Positions 1 through 12,369 of a DNA stretch of 64,000 nucleotides are shown piece by piece. The notes beneath the pieces are model-generated. The model saw nothing but the letters and a program-made list of their open reading frames with translations, was not told where the DNA came from and ran no database searches. Both the position numbers and the translations under genes were made by a program. Origin of the DNA: Octopus sinensis (taxonomy: Eukaryota); the NCBI RefSeq assembly GCF_006345805.1, contig NC_043007.1, positions 16,678,001 to 16,742,000 on the forward strand. Direction: 5' to 3'. Every line of letters begins with the position of its first letter. The stretch's first letter is position 1.

Positions 1-669
1 GAAAGTGGAGGTGAAAAAGTGCTTCAGCGACACATTGGGATTGTGTAAACTGACAAGAAACTTTGATGTGAGCGGTGAATGAAGTCCATAGTCAGGCAGT
101 TGACTTGATAAGAAGTTTATTTTGCTTCTTATATATTTTGGACAGTAGTTTTAATAAAACATAGTGTAGATTTCATTGAGCATTAGAATTTGATTTTGGT
201 ATATTACATAATGCTGATCCCTTAAAATATATTTTAAACCTATTTTTTCAGCTATGCAGCTAGAGCCAGTCCAAAATATGAACCATATAAACGGTAAGAT
301 ATCTTCTTGTACTGGTCTTGTTTTGAGACAGTTCTCATGATCTTTAAACTGACCATAACTGGCCAAAATATTTAACCAGATTTATGTTGAAATTGGTCAG
401 ATCTGGCCTCTCACCCCAACCCTACAATGTCATTCTAAAATTAAACAATCTCTTCATCGTAATCGCTAAACTACAAGGTAATGCATGATAAATCCAAAAC
501 AATATAAACAAACAAACATTATATTTGTCAAGGGTTGAGTTTCAGTAATTTAAAGCTATTCAAGAGTATTTTTAAACCCAATATTTACAATCTGTTAATT
601 AGAACTTTATTTGTGTTGAGACCCACCATTCCAAAAAAGATGTATGGCAGAATATTTTGTAACAATCAC

Positions 670-908
670 TGGCTTCTGTGCTGGTGGCATGTAAAAAGCA
701 CCAACTGACCGTGGCCATTACCAGCCTCGCCTGGCACCTGTGCAGGTGGCACGTAAAAATCACCCACTACACTCATGGAGTGGAAGGGCATCCAGCTGTA
801 GAAACACTGCCAGATCAGACTAGAGCCTGGTGCAGCCTTCTGGCTTCCCAGATCCTGGTCGAACTGTCCAACCCATGCTAGCATGGAAAACAGACGTTAA
901 ACAATGAT
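670..908 (+). mobile_element. RTE-LINE 3'UTR fragment
   Basis: gtggcacgtaaaaa..cacccactacactc...ccaacccatgctagcatggaaaacagacgttaaacaatgatga. Confidence 0.85.
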
Positions 909-1882
909 GACTTTACCTGATATTAAATTTACATTCTGTATTGGCTAAATATGAGAAGTCATCTTAATTACTAAAACTCATTTGATTTTTTTTTGCCAAC
1001 TATCTTCTCGTTTTCCATTCCTAATCTAAAAGTTCAAACTTTTAGCGTGTTGATATCAATGAAAAGCTAAAAAGTGAAAAAAAATGTTATTGTTGTGTCT
1101 CTAGGTGCAGGCTTGTCCCTGTCATTAAGAAGCTTGCTTTGCAACCATGTAGTTTTGCATTTGGTACCTTGAGCAGGTGTTTTCTACCATAGCCCCAGGA
1201 CAACCTTGGTTTGTCAGTAAATTTGATAGACGGGAAACTGAAGGAACTCCATCATCAATATGTGTTGAGTTGTGTCTTGTGTATTTTGTCCTCTTCTCTG
1301 AGGATCCAGCTAAGGTGGCAGCTTTTATTGATTGGCCATATGTCACATGTTCATGGCAGATTAGAAAGTATCTCACAGAGGATGGAATTGGCTGGGACAT
1401 TGCTTGGAAGATTGCTCGGAGCAATCCAAGTGAGTACTGATAAAGTGATATGCTGCAACATTGCACCCCCAATCCACCATACCTTACCTGTGTGTGTTTG
1501 TCCTCCCACTGCTTGACCACTGGTGTGGATGTTTGTCGTCTACCACCACCACTTGACAGCCAGTTTTGCTGTATTTAAGTCCCTGTAACTTTGTGTTGGG
1601 ATCGAAGTAAAATTCTTCAAGGCGATGCCTTAGCATGGCCACAGCCTTATGACTATAAATTAAACTAGTAAAAGGTGTCATGCAGTAGGATTGAACTCAA
1701 AACCATGAAGCTGCAAAGTGAACTTCTTAACCATTCGGCTATGTCTCTGCCTTATGCAATCATATCTGTGCCTTAAATAGTGTAAATTCTCGCTTTTACA
1801 TATACCACATGCTCTTATTTTCTTCCACTTTTCTCTCATTAGTTTTTCAGATAATAAAAATTAATTTAATCTTGAGGCTGCC

Positions 1883-2109
1883 TTAACTTTTTAGCATTTA
1901 AATCAGCCACATCTAACCCAGATGTTTTACCTGTTTTATGCTCAAACTGGCCAGATTTAGCCTCTCACACCTACCCTACAATGTCATGCTAAAAATATAC
2001 AATCACATCATCAAATTTCAGAGCTACAAGATAATATATAATTAATTCAAAACAATGTAGATAAATAAGCCTTATGTTTCGCAGAATAATCTGAATGCTA
2101 AAGGGTTAA
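1883..2109 (+). mobile_element. piggyBac-type MITE, family 2
   Basis: TTAActttttagcatt...aatgctaaagggTTAA; shared core ctcacacctaccctacaatgtcat. Confidence 0.8.
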
Positions 2110-2174
2110 ATATAAAAAAAAATATATATATATAATCGTCTGTTTAATCTTCTCTTGTTTTTGTCTCTTCCAAG

Positions 2175-2384
2175 GTCATCATCGTCTTCAAAATCTCGCT
2201 CTCGATCTCCAGAGAATGCTGGTAAAGTGATGTACATAACCAGCTTTGGTGGTGAAAGTGAGGAGGAATCGGCAGCTTTAGGTTCTACGACTCAGTCTCA
2301 TTCTCACAGTCACAGTGACCGTCTGTCCACTAAAGGAGTCAGTAGCTCAACAACAGGAGGAAGTAGTTCACGGAATCGATCATG
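2175..2384 (+). CDS. CLASRP: CLK4-associating Ser/Arg-rich protein, internal coding exon (first exon in window; upstream exons outside)
   Basis: Acceptor ttccaAG|, donor ATG|GTcagc, phase 2/2. Encodes SSSSSKSRSRSPENAGKVMYITSFGGESEEESAA, matching the CLASRP (K)ITFITSFGGSDEE motif. Confidence 0.9.
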
Positions 2385-3141
2385 GTCAGCATGTTTTTCG
2401 GACAAGTCTGTTTATTTCATAAAATTATTTCTAATAAAATTCTAGCAAATGGGTTTTTATTGTCCTTCCAAAGCAAAATTTCTCCTTTTGTTAAATGTGA
2501 TTTCTTCTTCTTTTTTTTTTTTTGCATTGATCTTACAAAATACTGGTTCCATCACCACATTTGGTGTTACATTCATTCTGCTATGCATGTTGTTGTGGTC
2601 TGCATGTCGTAATCTTTCCAATACTGTTTCACTCTCTGTTATCATGTGGTACTTACTATCGGATTATATTCCCAGCTTCCCAACCATGAGGTCTCGGGTT
2701 CAGGCCCACTGCGTGGCACCTTGGGCAAGTGTCTTCTGCTATGGCCCCAGGCTGACAAAAGCCATGTGAGTGAATCTGGTAGATGGAAACCAAAGAAGCC
2801 TGTTGTGTTTGCGTTGACCCTTGTCTAGACATCATGTGATGTTTGTAAACGAGCGTCATTGGCAAACAAGTGAGGCTTGTTCTCATTCTTCTGTGGAAAA
2901 ATGTCTGGCCATATGGAAATGTTACAAGGAGCTGACTAGAAAATCTGCCTGACCACATTCCGCCTAACCCATAATAGCATAAAAATGTAGATGCTGAGTG
3001 ATAATGGCATGATGGTATTTATTGTATTATTGTAACTATTATGTGTCGTTCCAAGTACTAAGAATATTTTTTGCAATTTATGTGTTAATCCCAGCTGTAA
3101 CATTATTCTTTTCATGTTATTCTGTTTTGTTCTTCCCTTAG

Positions 3142-3573
3142 GAAAAGCTCACGATTCAACCGAAAGCCCTCTACAAGTACTAATCGATATCGGCATCGCA
3201 GTAGATCTCCTCCAGCACGCACACAATCGAAATACCGTCGGAGGCGAAGCCGGTCACGTTCTGCGTCCAGATCGAGGTCACGTTCAAATCCAAGAAGTCA
3301 CACTAACAATTACAGACGAGACAGGTGGCGGCACACTCGATCGCGCAGCCGGTCCAGGTCGCGGTCCAGAGAATGGAGACGGTCTCATTCCAATTACTAT
3401 AATGACCGTGGTTCGCGTAACCAGCGTAGTCGGTACCAAGCGAGGCGACGGTCTCGCTCTCGTTCAAGTAAATCTTCTCGGTCCTCTCGTTCGAGGTCAT
3501 CATCACGGTCTAAATCACCAAGTTCCCACTCAAAATCCCGATCTAAGACACATTCTCCTCAGCCCAAAGTAAA
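3142..3573 (+). CDS. CLASRP: CLASRP RS-domain exon
   Basis: Acceptor cccttAG|, donor AA|GTAAGT, phase 2/2. The frame reads KSSRFNRKP...RRRSRSRSASRSRSRS...SKSRSKTHSPQPKVK (not the frame shown in the ORF track). Confidence 0.92.
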
Positions 3574-4074
3574 GTAAGTTTTATCAGAATATTTTCATCA
3601 GTTTTTTTTCCAATTCTGGGTTTGTTATCAGCCTCAAGAAGGACATCTAGCTATTAAACACTTCTGGATATGTTTGCAAAATTTCATAAGAGTTGATTTG
3701 TGTCTGTTTTGCTTGTGTAGGATAGTAGTTCTGTAAATATAAGACACTCAAGAATGATTATATATGTATATATAAAGTGTCAGTATAGCCATATTTTCCG
3801 CACCTGCCAGCTCCTGATGCCATAATCACTATGCATTATTAAACTTACTGTAGGTTTGATAGAAACAGGTATGAGACTTTTGTTATCCTGTTTAATTATA
3901 TTCTCTACTGGAGTGTTGAATACAATAAAGGAAAAGGATCTCTCATGACTTTAAAATGAGAGCCTTGCAACTTAATCAACAAATTGTAGTGTTCGTTGGT
4001 GTGTTAATATAGTTACTTCCCTTGAAGCAATTGGTAGCTATCCGCCTCGTCTTTTTTTTTTTTTTTTTTTAATT

Positions 4075-5275
4075 CGTCCAACTTTAGTGGGTGACACCAT
4101 GAGATGATACTTTCATGTATTGCTGGCCTGCATCCTGTCCAAGTCGCTGTCATGTAGTTCAGTGTCTTTCTCAATGATTTTCTTGAGGGTCAGGTTCAGG
4201 TGGCCACTTTTACGTGTGACATCAGCGGGCACAGTAATATTCACTACATCTCTTTATATGTCCAGCAAGAGCTAGACAACTCTTTCGTATGAGATTTGAA
4301 ATCTTCAGAAGACGCCCATATAAGATTTTATTAGTTGTGTGCGACTACCAAGAGATATTAAGAGGCGAATGTAGTTAGCATCTAGGTTCCTTGTCAGTGC
4401 AGGTGTCAGAGCCCATGACTCAGCCATAAAGGAGGATTGATTCCACAGGGGCTTTAACCCTTTCGTTACCAACCCGGCTGAAACCGGCTCTGGTTCTGTA
4501 GTACAAATGTCTTGTTTTCATAAGTTTTGAATTAAAATCTCCCACCAAAACTTTAGTCACAATTTATGTTGCTAACACTAGCTGAGTGATAACTAAGTTA
4601 TTTTACTAAATTCTTTGTTATATCTATAATAATTGGGAGAAACACAGAGTATCTCTAAATAAATACAGTAACGAAAGGGTTAAAAACCCTGATTTTGGTG
4701 GATCAGTTGACTTGTGCAGTTCTGATTTTACAAAGAGAGTGTATAAACCCCCAGGCTTGACTGATTACTGGTAGAGACATCAAAAGAAGTATTGGTGTAG
4801 CCACCCAAGTACTTGAACTCTTCGACTTTTTCAATTTTGGTTCCATCAAGTGAACACAATGGAAGAGAGGACAGATGGGATTAGGCGTATGTACTTTGTT
4901 TTTGATTCATTCAAGAACGAAGTTCCAGGGTAGCTCTCTCTACATAATGGAGTAAATACTGGGCTACTGCTGACAAGTTATCTTCAAGAAGGCAGATATC
5001 ATCTGCACTTTTCAGAGTATAATCCAGAGTCACAGTGAAGAGAGAGGGAGCCAAAGGGTCACTTTGTAGGACTCTCAGTGTTTACCTCAAATAATCAGTT
5101 TCTCTTTAGGGAGGAACCACTGTAGATGAAGCATTGACATATGTTTGGCTTCAACAATGAAACTCAGAACACCATAAGCACTTAAGATCTTGAGCATAAC
5201 ATTCTTGTTGATGGAACCAAATGCTTTACAGAAGTGGATGAAGACCAGCACAGCTTCGTTATGATTGACCAAGTT
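4075..5275 (-). mobile_element. Decayed RTE/RTEX-clade LINE reverse-transcriptase fragment
   Basis: Remnants VFIHFCKAFGSIN, LQSDPLAPSLF, SADDICLL, EFKYLG, VESILLYG, LALAGH; split by the 4454 MITE. Confidence 0.8.
4454..4683 (+). mobile_element. piggyBac-type MITE, family 1
   Basis: TTAA|CCCTTTCGTTAC...GTAACGAAAGGG|TTAA: perfect 12-bp TIR plus TTAA duplication; interrupts a LINE. Confidence 0.9.
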
Positions 5276-5834
5276 ATTAAATTAACTTTAGTTTAATTTG
5301 AAAAGAAGGTTTTTTTAAAAAAATTTATTGTCATAATAATACTTCAAACGATGCATTTCTAGTAACTGTATATTTAGCTAATTGGGCAATTTTTCATTAG
5401 CTAATTCTGTTTCTAAGCCAAAGAATATTTTGCTAATCATCATTGTTTGATGCCCACATTCTATGCTGGCATGGGTTGGACAGTTTGATATAGAGCTGGC
5501 TAACAAGGAGCTATCCAGACTCCAGTTGTCTGTTGAAGCATGGTTTCTATGACTGAATGCCCTTCCTAATGCCAACCACTTAACAGAGTGTACTGGGTGC
5601 TTTTTATGCATCATCAGCACAGGTGCATTTATGCAGTGCTGGCACCTGAAAAGACAAGCTTGTAAATGTGGAAGACCACGATTTTTCTTGGTTTGACATG
5701 TCTTATCAAGTGAATTTTAATTTGGCAACCCGGTTTCCAATATTTTTTAGCACATTGTTAAAGTATGTTGATAGTGAAAATAAAATCTTCAGTTGGTTTT
5801 TTAATCTATTAATAATTTTATTCATGTTCTTCAG

Positions 5835-6095
5835 ACCCCGTTCTAAGTCAAAAAGTCCTGTACCACCAGCACAAACACTTCCAAAACCTGTAGTAAAACG
5901 CTACAGGCGAGCTAGTCTTTCATCTAGTGCTGAGGACTCACAGTCAGATTCTGACAGCAATAAACTTGCAACAGGATCTACTACGGAGACTACAACCACT
6001 ACATCTGTTAGTACTACTACCACTACTTCAACAACAACTACACCGACTACATCAACTGGATCAGCAGTTTCTACCCCAAAGACCAAAGATAGCAG
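5835..6095 (+). CDS. CLASRP: CLASRP exon with Ser/Thr-rich low-complexity segment
   Basis: Acceptor ttcttcAG|, donor AG|GTattt, phase 2/2. PRSKSKSPVPPAQTLPKPVVKRYRRASLSSSAEDSQSDSD...TTTTT...KTKDSR is in frame with both neighbours. Confidence 0.88.
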
Positions 6096-6118
6096 GTATT
6101 TATGTGGTTTTATTATAC

Positions 6119-6149
<31 letters not shown>

Positions 6150-6296
6150 GTTAAGAAGTAGGTTTCCAAACCATGTGGTTTGGAGTTCAGTCCCACTGCA
6201 CAACACACACATCCTTGGGCTGATGAATAACTTGTGAGTGAATTTTGTTGGTGGAAATTACAGGAAGCCCATCATATATGTGTGTGTGTGTATATG

Positions 6297-6381
<85 letters not shown>

Positions 6382-7057
6382 GAGAGAGAGACTCAGTTAT
6401 GTGGATAAACAAATTAGGTATATTAAATATAACAATTTGGGTCTATTGATATCGATGTTTATATATTTATACTTAAATATTCATCATCTGAAAGTCTCCA
6501 CTTTCTGTTTTTCTCGTATTTTGCATGTATACATATAGACATATTTTGTATTTCATATCCAAACTGTTATATTTAAGATATCTAATTTGTTTATCTGCTT
6601 AATTGCCTCTATATTTGCTCAACTTGATCCCATGAGTAAAGAATTTATCACTTGTAAAGACATTGGAGTCATTTGAGCAGTTTTAAGCGTCTTCTCTACT
6701 GATAATCTCTGATGTCCAACCCATGCCAGCATGGAAAGCTGACGTTAAGCGATGATGATGATATGTTTGTGTGGTGTTTGTTGTGTGTGAATTTGCATCA
6801 GTGTTGACTTTCCATAGTTTTGCTTGGATAAAATGATATTGACATATACTGATAATATAACTGGTTGCTCTGCACTTACAAAAACATATGGAATAAAAAA
6901 AAAATTTCTTTTCGTGAAAAACAGGTAAGGATTGGTGGCAGGAAAAGCATTTAGGCATAAAATTTTCTCTCAAATTCTTGTCTAGCTCTTGCCAGCAGAG
7001 AATAACAGACCTTAAATGAACAAATAATATATATTTATATATATATATATATATATA

Positions 7058-7423
7058 CTAGCAGTATCGCCCGGCGTTGCTCGGGTTTGTAAGGGAAATA
7101 ACTATATAAGCATTTTTAGAGAGTTATAGCCAAAAAATGCATTAAAAAATGATGGTAATTTTTTTTAAAATCGTTGACTCATCGTAGACATTTTTAGAGA
7201 GTTACTTCCCTTATATAATAGCGAAAAAAATGCATTAAAATGGGAAAAAATGATGGTAAATTTTTTTTAAATTCGTAGAAGCGCGCTAATGCCCAGAAGG
7301 GCTCGATATGAATCACAACTATAAGATACCCGGTTTTGGTTAAACTGCACCGCAAAATGTGGGAGTAGTTAGGAATCTAAATCGTAGGAGACAGACACAC
7401 AACTTCACTTTTATATATAAAGA
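7058..7423 (-). mobile_element. Non-autonomous Helitron
   Basis: On the minus strand it starts TCTTTATATATAAAAG and ends with hairpin CCCGAGCAACGCCGGG about 10 nt before CTAG; inserted between A and T. Confidence 0.85.
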
Positions 7424-8430
7424 TATTCAGGCATAGATATGGCTGTGGTAAGAAACTTGCTTCCAACCACATGGTTCTGGGTTCAGTCACACTGTGTACT
7501 GTGTAGCACCCTGGGCAAGTGTCTTCAAGTAAAGCCATGTGAGTGGATTTGGTAGACAGAAACTGAAAGAAGCCCATTGTACATGTGTGTGTGTGTGTAT
7601 ATAATTAAATCTAAGGTGACATTAGGGGTATGCAAATAAAGCTCCTATTTCATTATGCCGTCTACAGTCTAATGATACTGATGAGTAAGTCAGTTTTCCG
7701 GGGTTGCATCATGGTTATAATGTAGAATAAGTATAATTATAGGATGAGATTTATAAATATTTAATACATCACTACACACGTTTCCCCAAATCACATGATT
7801 TTGACAGCAGAGTCGTGTCATGGGATTAGTATAGTAGAGTCCGTATTATCCATGGGATCCAGTTGATCATAATATGGGTGATACCGACTCTGATGTCAAA
7901 GTCATATAGTAAATATTTATGAATTCCATCCTAGAATTATTGTTGTTACTATAATTACTATATATATAAGGATCATGGTTTATAAATGGGCTAAAAGCGA
8001 TTAGATTATTATATTGATATAGTGAAGTATTGAAAATATTACTAGCTGGTGGAAATCGTGCAGAAACCATATATATCCATGAGGGATGGTAAAAAAAATC
8101 TGTGTTTAAGATAGTATTTGAAGTTACGTCCCTTTACTTTAAGGTGGCCGTAAATTATTCTTTCTTGTCAGATCAATAAATCGAGTACCAGACAAATTAC
8201 TAGGATTGATATCAACTAAAAATAACAATAAGTCATTATTCCAGCATGGCCAGTGTCCAGAAATTGAAAGCAATTAAAAAATGATTGATAGCTCCATTGT
8301 GTTGGAGATTTTGTTGCTATTGCATGAAAAGTCTTCATAATATTCTTACATAATACTTATTTCTTTAGGTAAATTAATTTCAATGAGGTACTGTATTATT
8401 ATTATTATTAGTACTACTACTACTACTGAT

Positions 8431-8825
8431 GGCAGCACATTGGCAGAAACGTTAGCACGCTGGACGAAGTGCTGAGCAGTATTTCACCCCTCGCTATGTT
8501 CTGTGTTCAAATTCCACCGAGGTTGACTTTGCATTTCATCCTTTCATATTGGGGGCGATCAAATCGACTGGCCCCTTTCTTCAAAATTTCGGTCCTTGTG
8601 CCTAAAGTAGAAAGTATTATTATTATTATTAAACTGGCAAAATAGTTAGCATGCTGGACAAAATGTTCAGCGGTATTTCATTCAAATTCTTCCAAGGTTG
8701 ACTTTGCCTTTCATCTTTTGGGGTCAATGAAATATCGATAGAGCATTGGGGTCAGTGAAATCCACTTACCCTCTTGTCCCACAAAATTTCAGGCCTTGAA
8801 CCTATTGTAAAAAGGATTATTATTA
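8431..8825 (+). mobile_element. Two tandem tRNA-derived SINEs, family C (other copies near 11385, 27700, 29700, 40784, 57303, 59445)
   Basis: Head ggcagcacattggcagaaacgttagc, B box gttcaaattcc, core gactttgcctttcatcctt..gggtc, (ATT)n tail. Confidence 0.8.
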
Positions 8826-9498
8826 AACTGGTATCACTAACCGACTTCCTCATCATAATATAATAGTCTCTATCCATAATTAGCATTTTTTTCTTTGATC
8901 TGTGGGATGTAATTATCTTATGCTAATTACGACTGTTAAAGTTCTGCAGTAAGAGAGTATGCTATTATCTAAAAATATACCCCTGCCCAAATCAAAAATC
9001 TAAATCTCTAAATCCCCCGTGTGTTGACTCCAAGTGCCACAACCAAGTGCATTGCTTCACTTGGCAGACTAAACTACATGAAGGATGGTGGTGTTGGCAC
9101 TGCACCATCAGACAGGTGGGGGGTGGTCTCAAGAAGACCAACAACCAGGTATCTGTGACTGAAGGCAACCTATGCTTCTGGGACCTTGGCTAGCAGTCAA
9201 CAGAGACATATCCACTGACACTCTCCTAAATGCAATTTTTGGGGCTTCAGGTTAGCTCCTCCTTGTCCCTGGAAAAACCTCAAACTACATAAGCAGTTCA
9301 AAGAGTAAGAAGCATCACAGCATTTGGGCATTGAGTGTGACCCTTAACTAATCCTGCTGATGTACTCTGACAGCTTCATACATATCATCCAACACAGGGG
9401 CACCTAAATAGAAGAATAATAAGTAAAAGTAAACCAAAAAAAAAACCCAATTTTCTGTTTATATCTTTATACTCATGAAGTTTCTTGTTGTTTTCCAG

Positions 9499-9544
9499 AG
9501 TTCCTGCACCAAATCTGTTGGGTAAAGCCACTGTAGATTCTCAA
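9499..9544 (+). CDS. CLASRP: CLASRP 46-nt micro-exon
   Basis: Acceptor ttgttttccAG|, donor CAA|GTCAGT. Converts phase 2 to phase 0 as the next exon requires; encodes (R)VPAPNLLGKATVDSQ. Confidence 0.75.
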
Positions 9545-10554
9545 GTCAGTAAGCTCCTCTTCTTTTCATTACTCTTTATGTTGTTCACTTACCATATGAT
9601 GTCCAGACTGCTACTACTACTACTTTTACTACTACTACTACTACATCTGACCTTGCTTCTTTCCTGCCATAACTGCTCCTTCTTTAGCTTCCTTATTACT
9701 CCTGACATGATTATTGTATCAGTTTCAAATCACAGACACTTCAAACTCTACCAAACCAGTGATTCTTTATGTATTTTACATAAAGAAAAAGAAAAAAAAA
9801 AGTTTATTTATTTATGACAATGTTTTTTTTTTAAAAAAAATTATTGTGTATTGATGTAAATATATTTTAACTTGAAAAAAAAATTGTCCATTTATTTAAC
9901 TTAATTTTACTAGCTTTGTTTTAAAATTTTGATTTAAAAGAAAGAAAAAAAAACTATTCATTTTGAAGTGTCTTTGATTTCTTGGATTTCAAAATCTAAC
10001 CTAAACTCTCTGATAAAAACCTGTCTGAATAATGAAACCTCTTTATCTAATCTGTCATGTCTAGTTTGAATTCTTGAGAAAATTACAAATCTAAAATTAA
10101 AAAAAAAAAAAGATTATTTAATTTGCTTTAGACGGATCATCTTTTGTTACCACTTCCCTGAATTAGTAAGAAATTTCAAAACTATCCTGTCTGTATCCCA
10201 TTTCCTAAAGCTTCTATTTTAAATGTTTATGATACTGATCAATCAGTTGTATTGTAGTTACCAGTCTGTTGGAGTAAGTTTGAGAAAATAAATCTTGTTT
10301 GCATGATTTCATTTGTTTCATATTGACTAACATACAATGGTTGTGATCATAGCTGTTTCATTTGTGGTATAAATATTGTACATATATATATATATTGCTA
10401 TTTATTATACATCACATTAGTAAAGTAAATAGCCTTTAGTTTTAAATATGTGTTTCTCTTTATTATTCATTCTATATACTGACTAAATTATAAATGAAGA
10501 AACTTCCAATTTTAACTTCTACAAAATGGTCCATTTTTCTCCTTCTCCACCATT

Positions 10555-10920
10555 ACTGTCCCTGGGAGGGTTGTAGGCTATAGCGTTCTCAGCCATCTCT
10601 TTGGAATGGTTTTATCAGAAGCAACTGTCGTAATATTTTCTGGCTGGATTCCCAAGCATGGCCAACTGAAACTATGGACATCATCCATCCATCTCATTCT
10701 TGGTCTACCTCTCAGTTTCCTGTCTGTTGGCTCAACTTGAAGAACCCATCTTGCAGTTCTGTCCTGTGACATTTTAATCAGCTGTTCATAGTACTGAAGC
10801 TGTGACCTCTGAATGCAGAGAAGTTGTGGCTCTGGAAGAGACTCCTTGGTCTTCTACAGAATACTATTGACATAATTGGGACACTATTCTTCTCAATAAT
10901 TACATAATGTCTTCACAATA
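10555..10920 (-). mobile_element. RTE (Rex3/Expander-like) LINE 3' coding fragment
   Basis: IQRSQLQYYEQLIKMSQDRTARWVLQVEPTDRKLRGRPRMRWMDDV...SWPCLGIQPE matches the RTE C-terminal pattern SQLRWxGHL..GRPRxRW...LGI. Confidence 0.75.
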
Positions 10921-11645
10921 TTTTTATGATTGTGCTAGTGCTGTTAGAAAGCAAGGAACATAATGAATGCCATACAATCACTAAACTAAAGATATATCTT
11001 AAGAGGTCTTCTTGTGACTGGATGAGAACTATTACAATAGTTGTTTAGTTCGTTTCGTACATTAATCTTTGGCTACATGTCATAATTACTAACAGTGTAT
11101 AATGTTGCTGGACGAGACTCTGTCGAAATTCAAATTCAGTGTGCGTGTGTTTAAAATCATTGTGAACTTCCATTTCTCTCCAACACTATCTTGATCTTCC
11201 AACATCATGAGACTTCTTATTTGACCATTATAATCATTATCTTTCCATTACTAGAACAGGCCTATGGTTTACACAAGAAATAATGTCTGCTTCTCTCTGC
11301 CTCCTTTTTAGACCATCTTCAATGTTATATCATTCCCAATACTTTATTAGGTTTTGACTCGGTGTTGCTTACGATGGCAGAACCATTAGACAGAATTGTT
11401 AGCGTGCTGGAGAAAATGCCTAGCAGCACTTTGTCTGGATCCAAAGACTGCTGAGACTTTGCTTTTCATCCTTTCAGGGTCGATAAGATTAGTAACAGTT
11501 GAACCCTGAGGTTGATGTAATCAACTTTCCCACCACTTAGAATTGCTGGCCTTGTGCCAAAATAAGTAAAGCAAGGATTATGAAGCAAATCAACATTAGC
11601 TGGAAATGGATGTTTTCCATAAGCCGTCAGCATGAGACTAGGTTA

Positions 11646-12238
11646 TCATCATCATCATCGTTTAACGTCCATTTTCCATGCTAGCATGGGTTGGACGGTT
11701 GAACTGGAGTTTGGGAAGCCAGAAGGCTGCGCCAGGCCCAGTCTGATCTGGCAATGTTTCTACAGCTTGATGCCCTTCCTAATACCAACCACTCCGTGAG
11801 TGTAGTGGGTGCTTTTTACGTGCCACTGGCACAGGTGCCAGACGAGGCTGGCAAACAGCCACGATCGGATGGTGCTTTTTACGTGCCACCGGCACGGGGG
11901 CCAGATGAGGCTGGCAATGGCCATAATCGGATGGAACTTTTTGCGTGCCACCGGCACGGAGGCCAGTCGGGGCCGTGCTGGCAACAGCCACGTTCGGATG
12001 ATTCTCTTACGTGCTACCGGCACTGGTATCACAGCTACAATTTCCATTGATGTTGATCGATTTCGATTTTCACTTGCCTCAACAGGTCTTCACAAGTAGG
12101 GTTTGTGTCACAAGAAGGAAAGGTATGCATAAGTGGGCTGGCTACGTCCCAGGTAGAGGCCACGAGTTATGGCCTCACTTGTCCTGCTGGGTCTTCCCTT
12201 GCACGGCATACTTCCAAAGGTCTCGGTCTCTGGTCATT
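11646..12238 (-). mobile_element. RTE-LINE 3' end including ORF terminus
   Basis: Minus frame MTRDRDLWKYAVQGKTQQDK*, a 3'UTR with tandem units of about 62 bp, and tail ggacgttaaac(GAT)n. Confidence 0.85.
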
Positions 12239-12369
12239 TAACTGTAAAAAAACATGGAAGTGTAAATATTTTCAGAACCACCAAACCCTTTTCTGTTTAG
12301 AAGAAATTGGTTAAATATTGATGGGAATGGAAGGAATTTCAACCATGTTTTGTGGTCTGCTACCACAAC

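Noticed and set aside
1177-1520. Overlapping ORFs of 87-131 aa
   Set aside because: Built from a SINE head plus a probable decayed RTE fragment (QLRW..GH); no recognisable host protein.
3114-3572. 152-aa ORF in the track (MLFCFVLPLGKAHDS...)
   Set aside because: Alternative frame of the CLASRP RS exon; splice phases support the RS-rich frame.
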